Sequence record: MZ574431.2
Length of the DNA: 64,000 nucleotides
Direction: 5' to 3' (one strand)
Below are positions 36,140 through 45,106 of this stretch, in pieces (the first letter of the stretch is position 1; each line of letters begins with the position of its first letter). A model generated the notes under the pieces. It saw nothing but the letters and a program-made list of their open reading frames with translations. It did no database searches and had not been told where the DNA came from. The position numbers and the translations under genes were made by a program.

Positions 36140-36295
36140 ATGACTCAAGCCGCTCCCCGCACCACCTTCAAGGCCTTTTTGCTGAATGGCACCGCCATCC
36201 ACAACCAGACCGCCCTGATGCACGAGGTGCGCATCCCCAGCGCCTATGGCCCGATGCGCGCGTGGCAACTGATCGCCGATCGGTACGACCAGTGA
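36140..36295 (+). CDS. small hypothetical protein
   Basis: 51 aa, AAGGA upstream; not in track. Confidence 0.4.
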   Translation: MTQAAPRTTFKAFLLNGTAIHNQTALMHEVRIPSAYGPMRAWQLIADRYDQ

Positions 36296-36513
36296 GGCCC
36301 TCGACGCTCGCCCTGGGGCTGGCCGCCGTGGTGGCGGCCCTGGCCCTGCGCCTGACCGCCCCGGTCAGCGCCCGCACCAAGCTCATGTCGCTGGCCACCA
36401 GACCCCCGTGGGTCGGCCGCAAGCTTCCCTGAAAACCTCAAGAGCCCGCCCGATCAACGAGGCGGGCCTTGCCATATCGATGACGAGCCGCCCACCAACC
36501 TGGACGACTCAAA

Positions 36514-39339
36514 GTGACCTCCGCTTCTGCTCTTGGCCTGGATTTCTCCAAGCCGCCGATTTCTCCCTATCCGCACGAGGAGCGCTCCAAGCGCCGTGAG
36601 GGTGTGCGCCGCATGCGCAAGCTCTCCGAGGACGTGCGCTATTTCGTCGATCGCGGCCTGGAGCCGGACCCGACCATCGCCCAGGTCGCCAACGCCATCA
36701 CCGGCGTGGCCGATCCGCGCATGCAGGTCAATCTGCTCGATCAGATCGCCGACAAAATCCAGCACGAGCACCTGGAGAAGCTCTCGGCCCTGGCCAAGAA
36801 CGATTTCTCGGCCTTCTGCGAGGTGATCAGCCCCGAGGAGCCGCCCGAGAGCCCCTGGCACATCTGGCTGACCAACTTCCTGCAAGAGGTCGAGATGAGC
36901 CCCGACCTCAACAAGGTCGTGCTCAACGTGCCGCCCGGCCACGCCAAGCCCCTGGCCGACACCACCCCGGTGCTGATGGGCGACGGCGCCTACAAGCTCT
37001 TGCGCGACATCAAGGTCGGCGATCAGGTCTGGACCCACGCCCAGCGCGCGCGCCCGGTGACGGCGATCCACGACCAGGGCAAGCTCGCCACCGTCTGGGT
37101 CGAGACCACCGCCGGCCGCCGCGTCCAGGCCGCGCTCGACCACCCGTTCCTGGTCAAGCTCGGCGAGCGCGAGGATGGCAGCCCCATCGCCGAGTGGATC
37201 AACGCCGGCGACCTGCGTCCGGGCATGGACCTCGTCGTGGCCGCCCACACCCCGCCCCGCCTTGTCCATCACCGCTATGACGGCGACCACACCGACTACG
37301 ACGCCTTCCTGCACCGCGCCCGCATGCTCGGCTACATGGCCATCGGCGGGGCGCTGCACTGGCAGAAGTCCAAGACCCAGGTCACCCCGTCGCCGGACTT
37401 CCGCCTGTCGACCCACAAGCGGCCCTTGATGAAGGCCATCCTGGCCCTGGTCAAGAAGGACCTTGGCCACCACATGAGCGTCTGCAAGGTCTCCTCGCAG
37501 AACACCTTCGTCGCGCGCCTGGGCGTCAAGGCCTTTCGCGATCTCAACGCCGGCGACTGGTTCACCTACGAGCCCGAAAAGCGCCGCGCCCCGCCGGCCA
37601 TCTTCACCGCCTCCAAGGAAGAGATCGCCGCCTTCGTCGGCGCGGCCTTCACCCTGCGCGGCGAGGTCATCCGCCGCCTGAAGGGCAAGAACCTGCGCCT
37701 CTACCATCGCTCGCAAGACCTGCTGAGCGACATCCAGAAGCTGTGCGCCTCGCTAGGGGCGTTTTCCAGCCTCGACAGGGGCGATCCCGACTTTGGCGGC
37801 CGACCCTGCTTGAACCTCGATTTCGGGGCTGTGGAGGCCCTCCAGGCGGCTGGAGTGACCTTCGATGCGGAGACCGACGCCGACCTCGCCGCTCAGCCGC
37901 CCAAGGTCCTAGGGGCTGCCTTCGATCCGGGCCTGGACGCGGTGGTCTCGGTCATGCCCGGCAAGAAGGCTGCGTGCCTGTGCCTGACGGTCGAGGAGGA
38001 CCACAGCTTCACCGCCGAGACCCTGGTGGTCAAGAACTCCACCTACGCCTCGCGCCTGTTCGTGGCGTGGCGCCTGGGGCGCGATCCCAACCAGCGCATC
38101 ATCGGCGGCGGCCACAGCCAGAACTTCGTCGAAAACGAGTTCTCCTCGAAAATCCGCGACATCGTCGAGAGCCCCGAATACCAGAAGGTGTTCCCGGCCG
38201 TGGTCATCGACCACAAGACCAACGCCAAGCAGCAATGGAAGCTGGCCGGCTACAAGGGCCAGTATGTCGCGCGGGGCGTGGGCCAGGGCATCCACGGTTT
38301 CCGCGCCACCTTCATCTGCGTCGATGACCCCTACTCCAAGATCGAGGACGCCAACAGCCCCGTTCACCGCCGCAAGGTCGAGCAGTGGTTCGACGCCGAC
38401 ATCGGCTCTCGCGCCCTGCCCGGCTGCAAGACTTTCCTGATCATGACCCGCTTCCATGGTGAAGACCTCACCAATCACCTGGAAGAGATGAACAAGGTCT
38501 TGCCGGCGGATGCACAGTGGAAGATCGTCACTGTACCTGCGATTTGTTTTGACGAAGACACCGATTTGCTAGGCCGCAAGGTCGGTGAACTTTTGTGGGA
38601 TTACTATCCCTTGAGCTACTTCGTTGATAAGAAAGTACAATTTGGATTTCTGGGTTTCGCCCTCACCTACCAACAAGTCTCTTCGGCGGCCAATCCCGAC
38701 AATATCGCCAGCAAGTTCAATTTCTACGATTATTTGCCTCACGAGTCGCCTGAGGCCCTGGCCCGCGCCCCCAAGGATCAGTTCGGAAGGCCCCAGCCGG
38801 ACCTGTCGGATTTTTACCGGCGCACGATCGTCTCGGTCGACACCGCCGCCAAGACCACCGAACGGGCCGACTACACCGTGGTCCAGGTCTGGCGCGAGGA
38901 TTTCAAGGGCAACCACTATCTGGTCCACCAGGACCGCCGGAAGGTGGAATTCAACGACCTGATCGCCATGATCGAGGGGCCGGCGCTGAAGTACCGGGCC
39001 GATCAAATCCTCGTCGAGGACAAGGGCTCAGGCACCCAGTACCTGCAAAATCGCGGCGCCACCGACAGCCAGAAGCGTCAGGCCCCCGCCCCGCTGGTGG
39101 CGGTCAATCCAGGCGTGGCCGGCAAGGAGTTCCGCTTCGACGGCGTCACCCCGATGATCACCGCCGGCGAGGTCTGGCTGCCCAAGAACGCGCCCTGGAT
39201 CGAGCAGCTTCTGGTCGAGGTGGGCCAGTTCCCCGACAGCGCCCACGATGACCAAGTCGACGCCCTGTCGCAGTACCTCAACCACGCCAAGAAGAACCGC
39301 ACCCGCTACGGCAGCCGCAAGATCACCAAGCATACCTGA
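36514..39339 (+). CDS. terL: terminase large subunit containing an intein
   Basis: Walker A VPPGHAK|S split by intein; Walker B ICVDDPY; nuclease SVDTA...DY...HDDQVDA. Confidence 0.93.
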   Translation: MTSASALGLDFSKPPISPYPHEERSKRREGVRRMRKLSEDVRYFVDRGLEPDPTIAQVANAITGVADPRMQVNLLDQIADKIQHEHLEKLSALAKNDFSAFCEVISPEEPPESPWHIWLTNFLQEVEMSPDLNKVVLNVPPGHAKPLADTTPVLMGDGAYKLLRDIKVGDQVWTHAQRARPVTAIHDQGKLATVWVETTAGRRVQAALDHPFLVKLGEREDGSPIAEWINAGDLRPGMDLVVAAHTPPRLVHHRYDGDHTDYDAFLHRARMLGYMAIGGALHWQKSKTQVTPSPDFRLSTHKRPLMKAILALVKKDLGHHMSVCKVSSQNTFVARLGVKAFRDLNAGDWFTYEPEKRRAPPAIFTASKEEIAAFVGAAFTLRGEVIRRLKGKNLRLYHRSQDLLSDIQKLCASLGAFSSLDRGDPDFGGRPCLNLDFGAVEALQAAGVTFDAETDADLAAQPPKVLGAAFDPGLDAVVSVMPGKKAACLCLTVEEDHSFTAETLVVKNSTYASRLFVAWRLGRDPNQRIIGGGHSQNFVENEFSSKIRDIVESPEYQKVFPAVVIDHKTNAKQQWKLAGYKGQYVARGVGQGIHGFRATFICVDDPYSKIEDANSPVHRRKVEQWFDADIGSRALPGCKTFLIMTRFHGEDLTNHLEEMNKVLPADAQWKIVTVPAICFDEDTDLLGRKVGELLWDYYPLSYFVDKKVQFGFLGFALTYQQVSSAANPDNIASKFNFYDYLPHESPEALARAPKDQFGRPQPDLSDFYRRTIVSVDTAAKTTERADYTVVQVWREDFKGNHYLVHQDRRKVEFNDLIAMIEGPALKYRADQILVEDKGSGTQYLQNRGATDSQKRQAPAPLVAVNPGVAGKEFRFDGVTPMITAGEVWLPKNAPWIEQLLVEVGQFPDSAHDDQVDALSQYLNHAKKNRTRYGSRKITKHT
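36949..38037 (+). mobile_element. 363-aa intein, class-3-like, with degenerate LAGLIDADG domain
   Basis: starts Pro (PLADTTPV), block B DHPF, block F CLCLTV (Cys at F4), ends VKN|S. Confidence 0.85.
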
Positions 39340-39779
39340 TGAGCACCCTGGCCTACAAAGACGGCGTCCTGGCCGCAGACACTCGCGTCACCGACGGAGG
39401 TGTCATTGTCGGCTCGGTGTCCAAAATCCGCCGTGTCGGACCGGTCCTGATCGCTGGCTGCGGGGACCTGCTGGACTTGGAACGTTTCCACGTCTGGGTG
39501 AAGGCGGGCCTGGAGGATGGCTTTGCAGTGGAAGACAGTGAGTGCTGGTTGATCGCACCGGGTCACCCGTTTCTGGTCTTCGAGGCCACGGGCTTTCTGA
39601 GCCTGGAGGCGCCGTTTCATGCGGCGGGCTCGGGCGGCAAGTTCGCGCGCGGCGCCCTGTCGATGGGCGCAGATGCGGTTGAGGCGATCCGATGCGCTCA
39701 GCAGCACGACACCCTAAGCGGTGGCCCCATCGACGTCCTCTACCTCGACGGCCGCCCCAGTCAACGGCTGGCCAGCTGA
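39339..39779 (+). CDS. Ntn-hydrolase / proteasome-beta-like protein
   Basis: MSTLAY..GVLAADTR; A.GSG..FA.GA; D..SGG. Confidence 0.7.
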   Translation: MSTLAYKDGVLAADTRVTDGGVIVGSVSKIRRVGPVLIAGCGDLLDLERFHVWVKAGLEDGFAVEDSECWLIAPGHPFLVFEATGFLSLEAPFHAAGSGGKFARGALSMGADAVEAIRCAQQHDTLSGGPIDVLYLDGRPSQRLAS

Positions 39780-39799
39780 CTTTGCGGCCTGTGGGCTGC

Positions 39800-39844
39800 G
39801 TTAACCATGTTTGTTTACCCTCTTCGCCGCGTTAACCTTAACAA
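39800..39844. promoter_or_regulatory. TTAA boxes (first CtrA-like elements in the window)
   Basis: GTTAACCATGTTTGTTTAC (reverse complement also at 41577, 45180) and TTAACCTTAA. Confidence 0.5.
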
Positions 39845-39851
39845 AATCCCA

Positions 39852-39891
39852 GGTAGTACCCGGTATGGCCGGTACTACCGGCGGTATTACC
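39852..39891. repeat. three GGTANTACC palindromes
   Basis: at 39852, 39871, 39883. Confidence 0.75.
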
Positions 39892-39898
39892 GGAGAAA

Positions 39899-40435
39899 AT
39901 GCCCGTGTTTCGCTATCTGAGCGCCCTTTTCGACCACATCGTCCACTACAAGCTCGCCCCCGCCCACCTGAAGGTGGAGAACCAGTACGCCCTGGAGCGC
40001 CTCAAGGCCGTCGACCGCGAAATCGCCGCTGGCCGCTATGAGGGCGCCGACCTCTATGGCTCGCGCTCCTGGACCTTCTGGCGCCTGAGCCCCACCGAGC
40101 GGCTCAAGCGCGCCAACAAGGCCATCGAAGGCCGCTATGGCCGCTTCCACGCCGGCGTCAATCTGGCCGCCCCGATCACCCCGGCCCGTCCTGGCGCGCG
40201 CGATCGCCGCGTCCTAGGGCACAACGCCGCCTATGACGCTGATCTGGTCCTGGGCTTTCACGATGCGCGCGAGGCCGTCGATGTCGCCCCTGCTCGCATC
40301 GAGCGCTATCCGCGCTACAGCGAACTGCCCGCGACCCTGCCGGCCCACCTCGACAAGGACAGCTTCCTGGACTCCCACCCGGCCGACACCGGCGGGGACC
40401 CCTTCGCCACGGCCTCAGGGACCCTGGCCAAATAG
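39899..40435 (+). CDS. hypothetical protein
   Basis: GGAG RBS; ORF track. Confidence 0.6.
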   Translation: MPVFRYLSALFDHIVHYKLAPAHLKVENQYALERLKAVDREIAAGRYEGADLYGSRSWTFWRLSPTERLKRANKAIEGRYGRFHAGVNLAAPITPARPGARDRRVLGHNAAYDADLVLGFHDAREAVDVAPARIERYPRYSELPATLPAHLDKDSFLDSHPADTGGDPFATASGTLAK

Positions 40436-40472
40436 CGTCAGGGACCCTGGCCCAAACCGGTCAGGGACCCTG
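40415..40472 (+). repeat. three TCAGGGACCCTG repeats, 23-bp period
   Basis: at 40415, 40438, 40461; core CAGGG-A-CCCTG is a dyad. Confidence 0.8.
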
Positions 40473-40496
40473 CGACTTTTCGTTTCCAAGGCCGCC

Positions 40497-40634
40497 ATGA
40501 ATTTGCTTCCCATCCTTGCCTTCTGCGCCACCCTGATCGTCCTGACCCTGGTCTGCGCCTCCTTGCGCCTGTTCCGCGCCCAGGGCGATCTGCACACGCT
40601 CGCCCACGATCTGGCCGGCCTACCCCGGTCATAG
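40497..40634 (+). CDS. 45-aa membrane microprotein
   Basis: MNLLPILAFCATLIVLTLVCASL. Confidence 0.45.
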   Translation: MNLLPILAFCATLIVLTLVCASLRLFRAQGDLHTLAHDLAGLPRS

Positions 40635-41243
40635 TTCAGGGCAATCATGACAGGGTTTGATTTCATTGAGGAATTTCGGCCGCTGTCATCTTTCAGAGTG
40701 TTTCACGCATGCCCCGCGCCCTCGAAATCCACCCATTTTGGGCGAAATCGCTCGATCTCCTGATCTGGACCATCGCCTGGATCATGCTGGCCAAGGACGA
40801 GGTGCTCGGACCACCCACCAAGAGGCCGTGGTTGTCAAGACCCGCCTGAAATCGTGTCATAGATGGGCGGATTCGTGACAGAGTGGGCGAAAATAAACCC
40901 AAAAAGCCTACCAAGGCCCTGAAATCACAGCGAGAATCCTATTCTCCGCCGTTTCTGCGGCGATTGGGCCGCCTATTCGCCGCATGTCGCCCCCGATGGC
41001 GCCGTACCGCAGCGCTTGACACGCCATTCGCCGCCGATTAGACGAAAGGCTCGGGACCGGCGAGGGGATGTCCACCCTCTCGCGCAGGACCTGCCCTGGA
41101 GCTAGGCTTAAGCCGCCTTCTAGCCTCGCGCTCCAGGGGACCTCGTCGAGCGGCAGGCCCCCATGCAGAGCCGCTCGACCCTGACGCCCGCCCTGGCCGC
41201 CCCCCGCGCGCCTCGGCGGGCGTCTTGCATTTGGGACCTTAAC

Positions 41244-41471
41244 TTGACGTCGGATCATTTCCCCCAGGCGCCGGGCCGGCCGATGTCGACGATCCTCGAC
41301 ATTGACAGGTGTCACCGATCGTCGACTTGACGTCGGATCATTTCGCCCAGACTTGACGCAAGCGCATTTTGCCGGGCGACTTGACGCGAGCGCATTTTTC
41401 AAATTTGACGCGAACGCATTTCGAATTTGACGCGCAAGCATTTCGTTTCCAAACTTGACTTGACGTCATTT
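41244..41471 (+). repeat. six TTGACG-N6-CATTT units plus a truncated one
   Basis: at 41244, 41327, 41353, 41381, 41405, 41427; TTGACGTCATTT at 41460. Confidence 0.85.
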
Positions 41472-41504
41472 CATTTCTTGACCTGACCGCGTTCCGATTC
41501 CCCT

Positions 41505-41780
41505 GGTTAACGAAGAAGGTTAACGGCCGGTTAACCATTGGGCCGTTAGGGTTAATTTTTAGGGTTAACACCCATGGTAAACAAACATGGTTAACGCGCC
41601 TTAAGGTTAACCGTTAGGGTTAATGCGCGTTAAGGTTAACGCCCTTAGGGTAAAGGGGCCGTTAGGGTTAACGCCCAGGCCCGCAGCGTTAAGGTTAACC
41701 CCGCCAGGGCGCGCGTTAGGGTTAATCCCGAGGCCCTGAGGCGTTAAGGTTAACGAAAAGGGCCAAAAATTAGGGTTAAG
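41505..41780. repeat. dense cluster of TTARGGTTAA decamers / CtrA-like boxes
   Basis: 10 exact decamers (41546-41770) plus TTAA-N7-TTAA at 41520. Confidence 0.85.
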
Positions 41781-41786
41781 ACGCGG

Positions 41787-41883
41787 AAAATCGCCCAAAA
41801 TCGTGGATTTTGGGGTCAAAATGGCCATTTTTAGCGGTTTTTCGGCCGATTTTGGGCCTTCTAGCCCGTTTTTGGGTTAATTT
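41787..41883. other. phased A/T tracts (intrinsically curved DNA)
   Basis: A4-5/T4-5 tracts centred ~41788, 41798, 41809, 41819, 41830, 41840, 41851, 41871. Confidence 0.65.
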
Positions 41884-42105
41884 CGGCGAGTCGCCCGGTT
41901 TTGGGTGTGCCCTGAGCGGCGGCGCGCGACCTGTCGTGATCCCAGGTCGCGCGCGGGTCAATGCAGGAGCCAGAGCAGGAACGCCAGCGTCAGCAGTGAC
42001 CATCCGTTCAAAAGCTTCAGGCGCTCGCCTCCTTGGTTGCCGTGGCCGCTCGCCACGTTCAGACCCTAGCGCATAAGAAAAGTGTTGCCAAGCCCAACAA
42101 TGCAG

Positions 42106-42133
42106 TTGACAGCATAATTCTGCTATGCGACAA
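42106..42133 (+). promoter_or_regulatory. cassette promoter P1
   Basis: TTGACA GCAT-N9-ATGC GACAA. Confidence 0.8.
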
Positions 42134-42161
42134 AGGCTCATCGAAACGAGGAGCCGCCCAC

Positions 42162-42302
42162 ATGTGGGAAGTCAAGACCTTCAAGACCCGCCTCGCCAAG
42201 GAGGCCTGGATCGCCCGCAATGAGGCGCGTTACCAGATCGTCGAGATCGTGGTCGCCAACGCCTACGGCGTCGAATTCAAGCCCCTGCGACGCATCGGCT
42301 AG
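42162..42302 (+). CDS. 46-aa hypothetical protein
   Basis: GAGGAG RBS after P1. Confidence 0.7.
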   Translation: MWEVKTFKTRLAKEAWIARNEARYQIVEIVVANAYGVEFKPLRRIG

Positions 42303-42321
42303 ACACGAAAGGAAAGCCCCC

Positions 42322-42513
42322 ATGATTCCGCCCGAGGTCCTCAACCCGCGCGACTACTGGACCCCCATCGCCACGCGTCAGAAAGCCGAGGCCCTCGCCG
42401 AACGCTACGCGGTGGACGACTACGAGGCGCCCGGAACCTACACCGTCGAAGAAAAGGGCGCGGCCTTCGCCATCGCCTATTACGAAGACGGCGAATTCAT
42501 CGCCTACGTCTAG
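42322..42513 (+). CDS. 63-aa hypothetical protein
   Basis: AAGGA RBS. Confidence 0.7.
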   Translation: MIPPEVLNPRDYWTPIATRQKAEALAERYAVDDYEAPGTYTVEEKGAAFAIAYYEDGEFIAYV

Positions 42514-42518
42514 GCCAG

Positions 42519-42552
42519 ACCCGGCGCCCCCTCCCCAGGGCGCCGGGTTTTT
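42519..42552 (+). terminator. Rho-independent terminator
   Basis: ACCCGGCGCCC/GGGCGCCGGGT + T5. Confidence 0.85.
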
Positions 42553-42567
42553 CCTGGCGCCCAGCCG

Positions 42568-42640
42568 TTAAGGTTAACCCGGCGTTAAGGTTAACGCCCC
42601 ATTAGGGTTAACGCCGCGTTAGGGTTAATCGGCCATTAAC
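42568..42640. promoter_or_regulatory. chain of four TTAA-N7-TTAR boxes, 17-bp period
   Basis: TTAA at 42574, 42591, 42608, 42625, each followed after 7 nt by TTAA/TTAG. Confidence 0.75.
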
Positions 42641-42658
42641 CCTCCAGGCGAAAATAGT

Positions 42659-42698
42659 GCAAGAAAGCGGTTGACTGCATATCAGGCCTATGCGACAA
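42659..42698 (+). promoter_or_regulatory. cassette promoter P2
   Basis: GCAAGAAAGCGG TTGACT GCAT-N9-ATGC GACAA. Confidence 0.85.
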
Positions 42699-42726
42699 GA
42701 GGGCGTCCCCAACGAGGAGGCCTCTC

Positions 42727-43362
42727 ATGGCTCTGCCGGAACACCTTTTCATCGCCGATCACGGCGACCTCTACGATACCAGCGTCGAAGGCTGGAGCGC
42801 CAAGGCGCCCCTGCGCCGCGCCTATCGCGTCGCCCTGCCCAAAATCGAGAGCATGGGCCACGTCAAGGCCGCGCTGCGCTATGGCGACACGACTGACCTG
42901 GGCGGCTATCCGCTCTACTTCGTCACGCGCGATGGCGCGGCGCTGTCGTTCGAGAGCGCCCGCAAGATGCTCTATCAGATCGCGCTCGACTTCCAAGCCG
43001 ACGCCTCGACCGGCTGGCGCATCGCCGCCGTCCAGATCAACTATGAGGACGGCGACTTGCGTTGCGATCATAGTGGCGAGCGCATCCCCTGCGCCTACAA
43101 TGACCCCGAAGTCATGGCCTGGGCGAGCGGCTCCAACGTGTCGGGCTTCATGCCGGACAACGAGCCTTCCCATCATGCGACCTGGGAAGAGGCCCGCGAC
43201 GCGCTCAAGCAAGACATCGAATTCGCGCGCGAGGCCTGCGAGGAGGGGAGCGAGGAGGACGGCCAATTCGCCCACGTCCTCGACGTCCTGGCCACGCTCC
43301 AAGAGGGCGCGGAATTCAACTACGGCGCCAACGGTTACCGTTGGTGGGTCGAAAAGCTCTAG
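42727..43362 (+). CDS. hypothetical phage protein
   Basis: GAGGAGG RBS; GGYPLYFVT.DG motif. Confidence 0.75.
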   Translation: MALPEHLFIADHGDLYDTSVEGWSAKAPLRRAYRVALPKIESMGHVKAALRYGDTTDLGGYPLYFVTRDGAALSFESARKMLYQIALDFQADASTGWRIAAVQINYEDGDLRCDHSGERIPCAYNDPEVMAWASGSNVSGFMPDNEPSHHATWEEARDALKQDIEFAREACEEGSEEDGQFAHVLDVLATLQEGAEFNYGANGYRWWVEKL

Positions 43363-43376
43363 CGAAAGGAACGCCC

Positions 43377-43523
43377 ATGTTCATCCTGATTGTCGGCAAT
43401 CCCGTCGATGGCTACGCCTATTATGGTCCCTTCCATGACCATGACGATGCGACCAACTATGCCGAGAACACCGGCACGGAAGGAAACCCTTGGTGGGTCG
43501 CGCCGCTTGAAGAGGCCGAGTAA
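43377..43523 (+). CDS. 48-aa hypothetical protein
   Basis: AAGGA RBS; GNPVDGY..YGPF. Confidence 0.7.
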   Translation: MFILIVGNPVDGYAYYGPFHDHDDATNYAENTGTEGNPWWVAPLEEAE

Positions 43524-43560
43524 CCCCGCGATCTAAACCCCCTTTAAGAGGAGACCGCCC

Positions 43561-43863
43561 ATGGGCGCCGACTGTTTTGTGACCACCGCCAAGGGCAAGA
43601 ACGCCAAGGAAGCGTTTCGCGACGCCGTGGACGAAGCCCAGTATAAATATGGCCATGGTGGCTATACCGGAACCATCGCCGAAAAGCACGAATTCGCCAT
43701 GGACAAGGGTTTCAAGCCCGACCCCGCGAGCGAAAAGACGGTGATCGAGCAAGCCCAAGACTACGCCTGGACCAAGGTCGAGGACGAAGACAAATATGGG
43801 CCTGCCGTGTGCCTGGACCTGGGCGAAGGTCAATTCCTGTTCTACGGCGTCGCCAAATGCTAG
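43561..43863 (+). CDS. hypothetical phage protein
   Basis: GAGGAG RBS; YGHGGYTGTIAEK. Confidence 0.75.
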   Translation: MGADCFVTTAKGKNAKEAFRDAVDEAQYKYGHGGYTGTIAEKHEFAMDKGFKPDPASEKTVIEQAQDYAWTKVEDEDKYGPAVCLDLGEGQFLFYGVAKC

Positions 43864-43866
43864 GCG

Positions 43867-43893
43867 AGTCCAGGCCTTCGCGGCCTGGGCTTT
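43867..43893 (+). terminator. terminator
   Basis: AGTCCAGGCC/GGCCTGGGCT stem. Confidence 0.7.
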
Positions 43894-43907
43894 GCCCTCC
43901 CGCCGGC

Positions 43908-43936
43908 GTTAACCTTAACGCGGCATTAGGGTTAAC
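43908..43936. promoter_or_regulatory. 29-bp TTAA four-box palindrome
   Basis: GTTAACCTTAA-CGCGGCA-TTAGGGTTAAC. Confidence 0.75.
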
Positions 43937-43975
43937 GCCGGCCGCCCAGGCTGTTAACCACCTTGCGAAAATAGT

Positions 43976-44015
43976 GCAAGAAAGCTGTTGACTGCATCAA
44001 AGCCCCATGCGACAA
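43976..44015 (+). promoter_or_regulatory. cassette promoter P3
   Basis: GCAAGAAAGCTG TTGACT GCAT-N9-ATGC GACAA. Confidence 0.85.
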
Positions 44016-44041
44016 GAGGTCATCGAAACGGGAGACACCCC

Positions 44042-44593
44042 ATGACCGACAAGACCACCGACCTGCTCTATCCGCAAACCCTGCTGGCCCAGAACCTGCC
44101 GGGTCGCCCCGGCATGCTGCCGGCCTGGATCGTGCTGCGCGACATGGGGCCGAAATCCCATCACCGCTACGTCACCCATATGCGGCTCGAATATCCGGCC
44201 ATTGACGAGGCCGGCCCGAAATACGGCTTTGACCATGGCCATTATTTCGCCGACCTGCGCGAGGCGATCGAAGACTATAGCCAGCGCTGCGCCGATAAGG
44301 TCATGAGCGCCATGCGCCAAGCCTACGACGTACCGCGCGCGCCGGACAAGCCGCGCACCGTGACCCTGCCGCTGGGCGTGGTCCAGGCCGCCTATGGCCT
44401 GATCGACGGCAACACCTTCGACCTCAACGCCGCCACCGAGGACAAGGACTTGGTGAACGCCACCGAGGAGGCGCTTCGCGAGGCCCTGGGCTCCGATCGC
44501 TTTTTCCGCGATGTCGAAGCCGCCTCCAAGGCGCTCGCCGACGCCTACCGCGCCGCCAATCAACCGCCGGCCGAGGAGACCGCCCATGGCTGA
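44042..44593 (+). CDS. hypothetical protein
   Basis: AACGGGAGACACCCCATG leader. Confidence 0.7.
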   Translation: MTDKTTDLLYPQTLLAQNLPGRPGMLPAWIVLRDMGPKSHHRYVTHMRLEYPAIDEAGPKYGFDHGHYFADLREAIEDYSQRCADKVMSAMRQAYDVPRAPDKPRTVTLPLGVVQAAYGLIDGNTFDLNAATEDKDLVNATEEALREALGSDRFFRDVEAASKALADAYRAANQPPAEETAHG

Positions 44594-45101
44594 TTATGAG
44601 GCCTATGTGGTCTTGGACAAGCGCCGTCGCCATGTGGCGACGGTGACGTTCAAATTCACCGAAAGCCAAGTGACGGCCACCGTCGTCACGCCGTGGTCGG
44701 CGCCGGAGTCCCTGGCGCGCATCGCCAAGGTCAAGGGCTGGGTGATCGATCAAAACCGGCTCATCGATCCTGCGACCGGCAAGGCCGTGGCCTATGTCTC
44801 CAAGGTCCAGGAGCAGACCGGCAAGGCCGGCGGCTACGGCTACGACAAGCGCGCCGCCTCGCTCGCCGGCCTCTATGTCGATGGCCACGAGATGGGCGAC
44901 CATTCGTCCAGCCTCGGCGCCCCGAAAAAGCCCAAAGGCGCCGACCTCTACCCGGCCGACTTCACCCCGCCCAAGGGCTACCGGCTGGCCAACTACCAGA
45001 GCGCCACCGAGACCAAGGAAGCCGGCTATATGTCGTGTTTCCGCGAGCAAGGGCTGAACTACCTGACCGCCCTGGGCTACGACGTTATCCAGGCGCTCTA
45101 A
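44586..45101 (+). CDS. hypothetical protein
   Basis: GAGGAG RBS; AGGYGYDK motif. Confidence 0.7.
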   Translation: MADYEAYVVLDKRRRHVATVTFKFTESQVTATVVTPWSAPESLARIAKVKGWVIDQNRLIDPATGKAVAYVSKVQEQTGKAGGYGYDKRAASLAGLYVDGHEMGDHSSSLGAPKKPKGADLYPADFTPPKGYRLANYQSATETKEAGYMSCFREQGLNYLTALGYDVIQAL

Positions 45102-45106
45102 GGCGA

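Noticed and set aside
40657-40914. Short ORFs on both strands in the 40.6-42.1 kb block
   Set aside because: No RBS, atypical codons, and they overlap repeat arrays. The block is treated as non-coding.
41505-41780. Telomere-like TTAGGG repeats
   Set aside because: They are not tandem hexamers. TTAGGG is just one allele of the TTARGGTTAA decamer.
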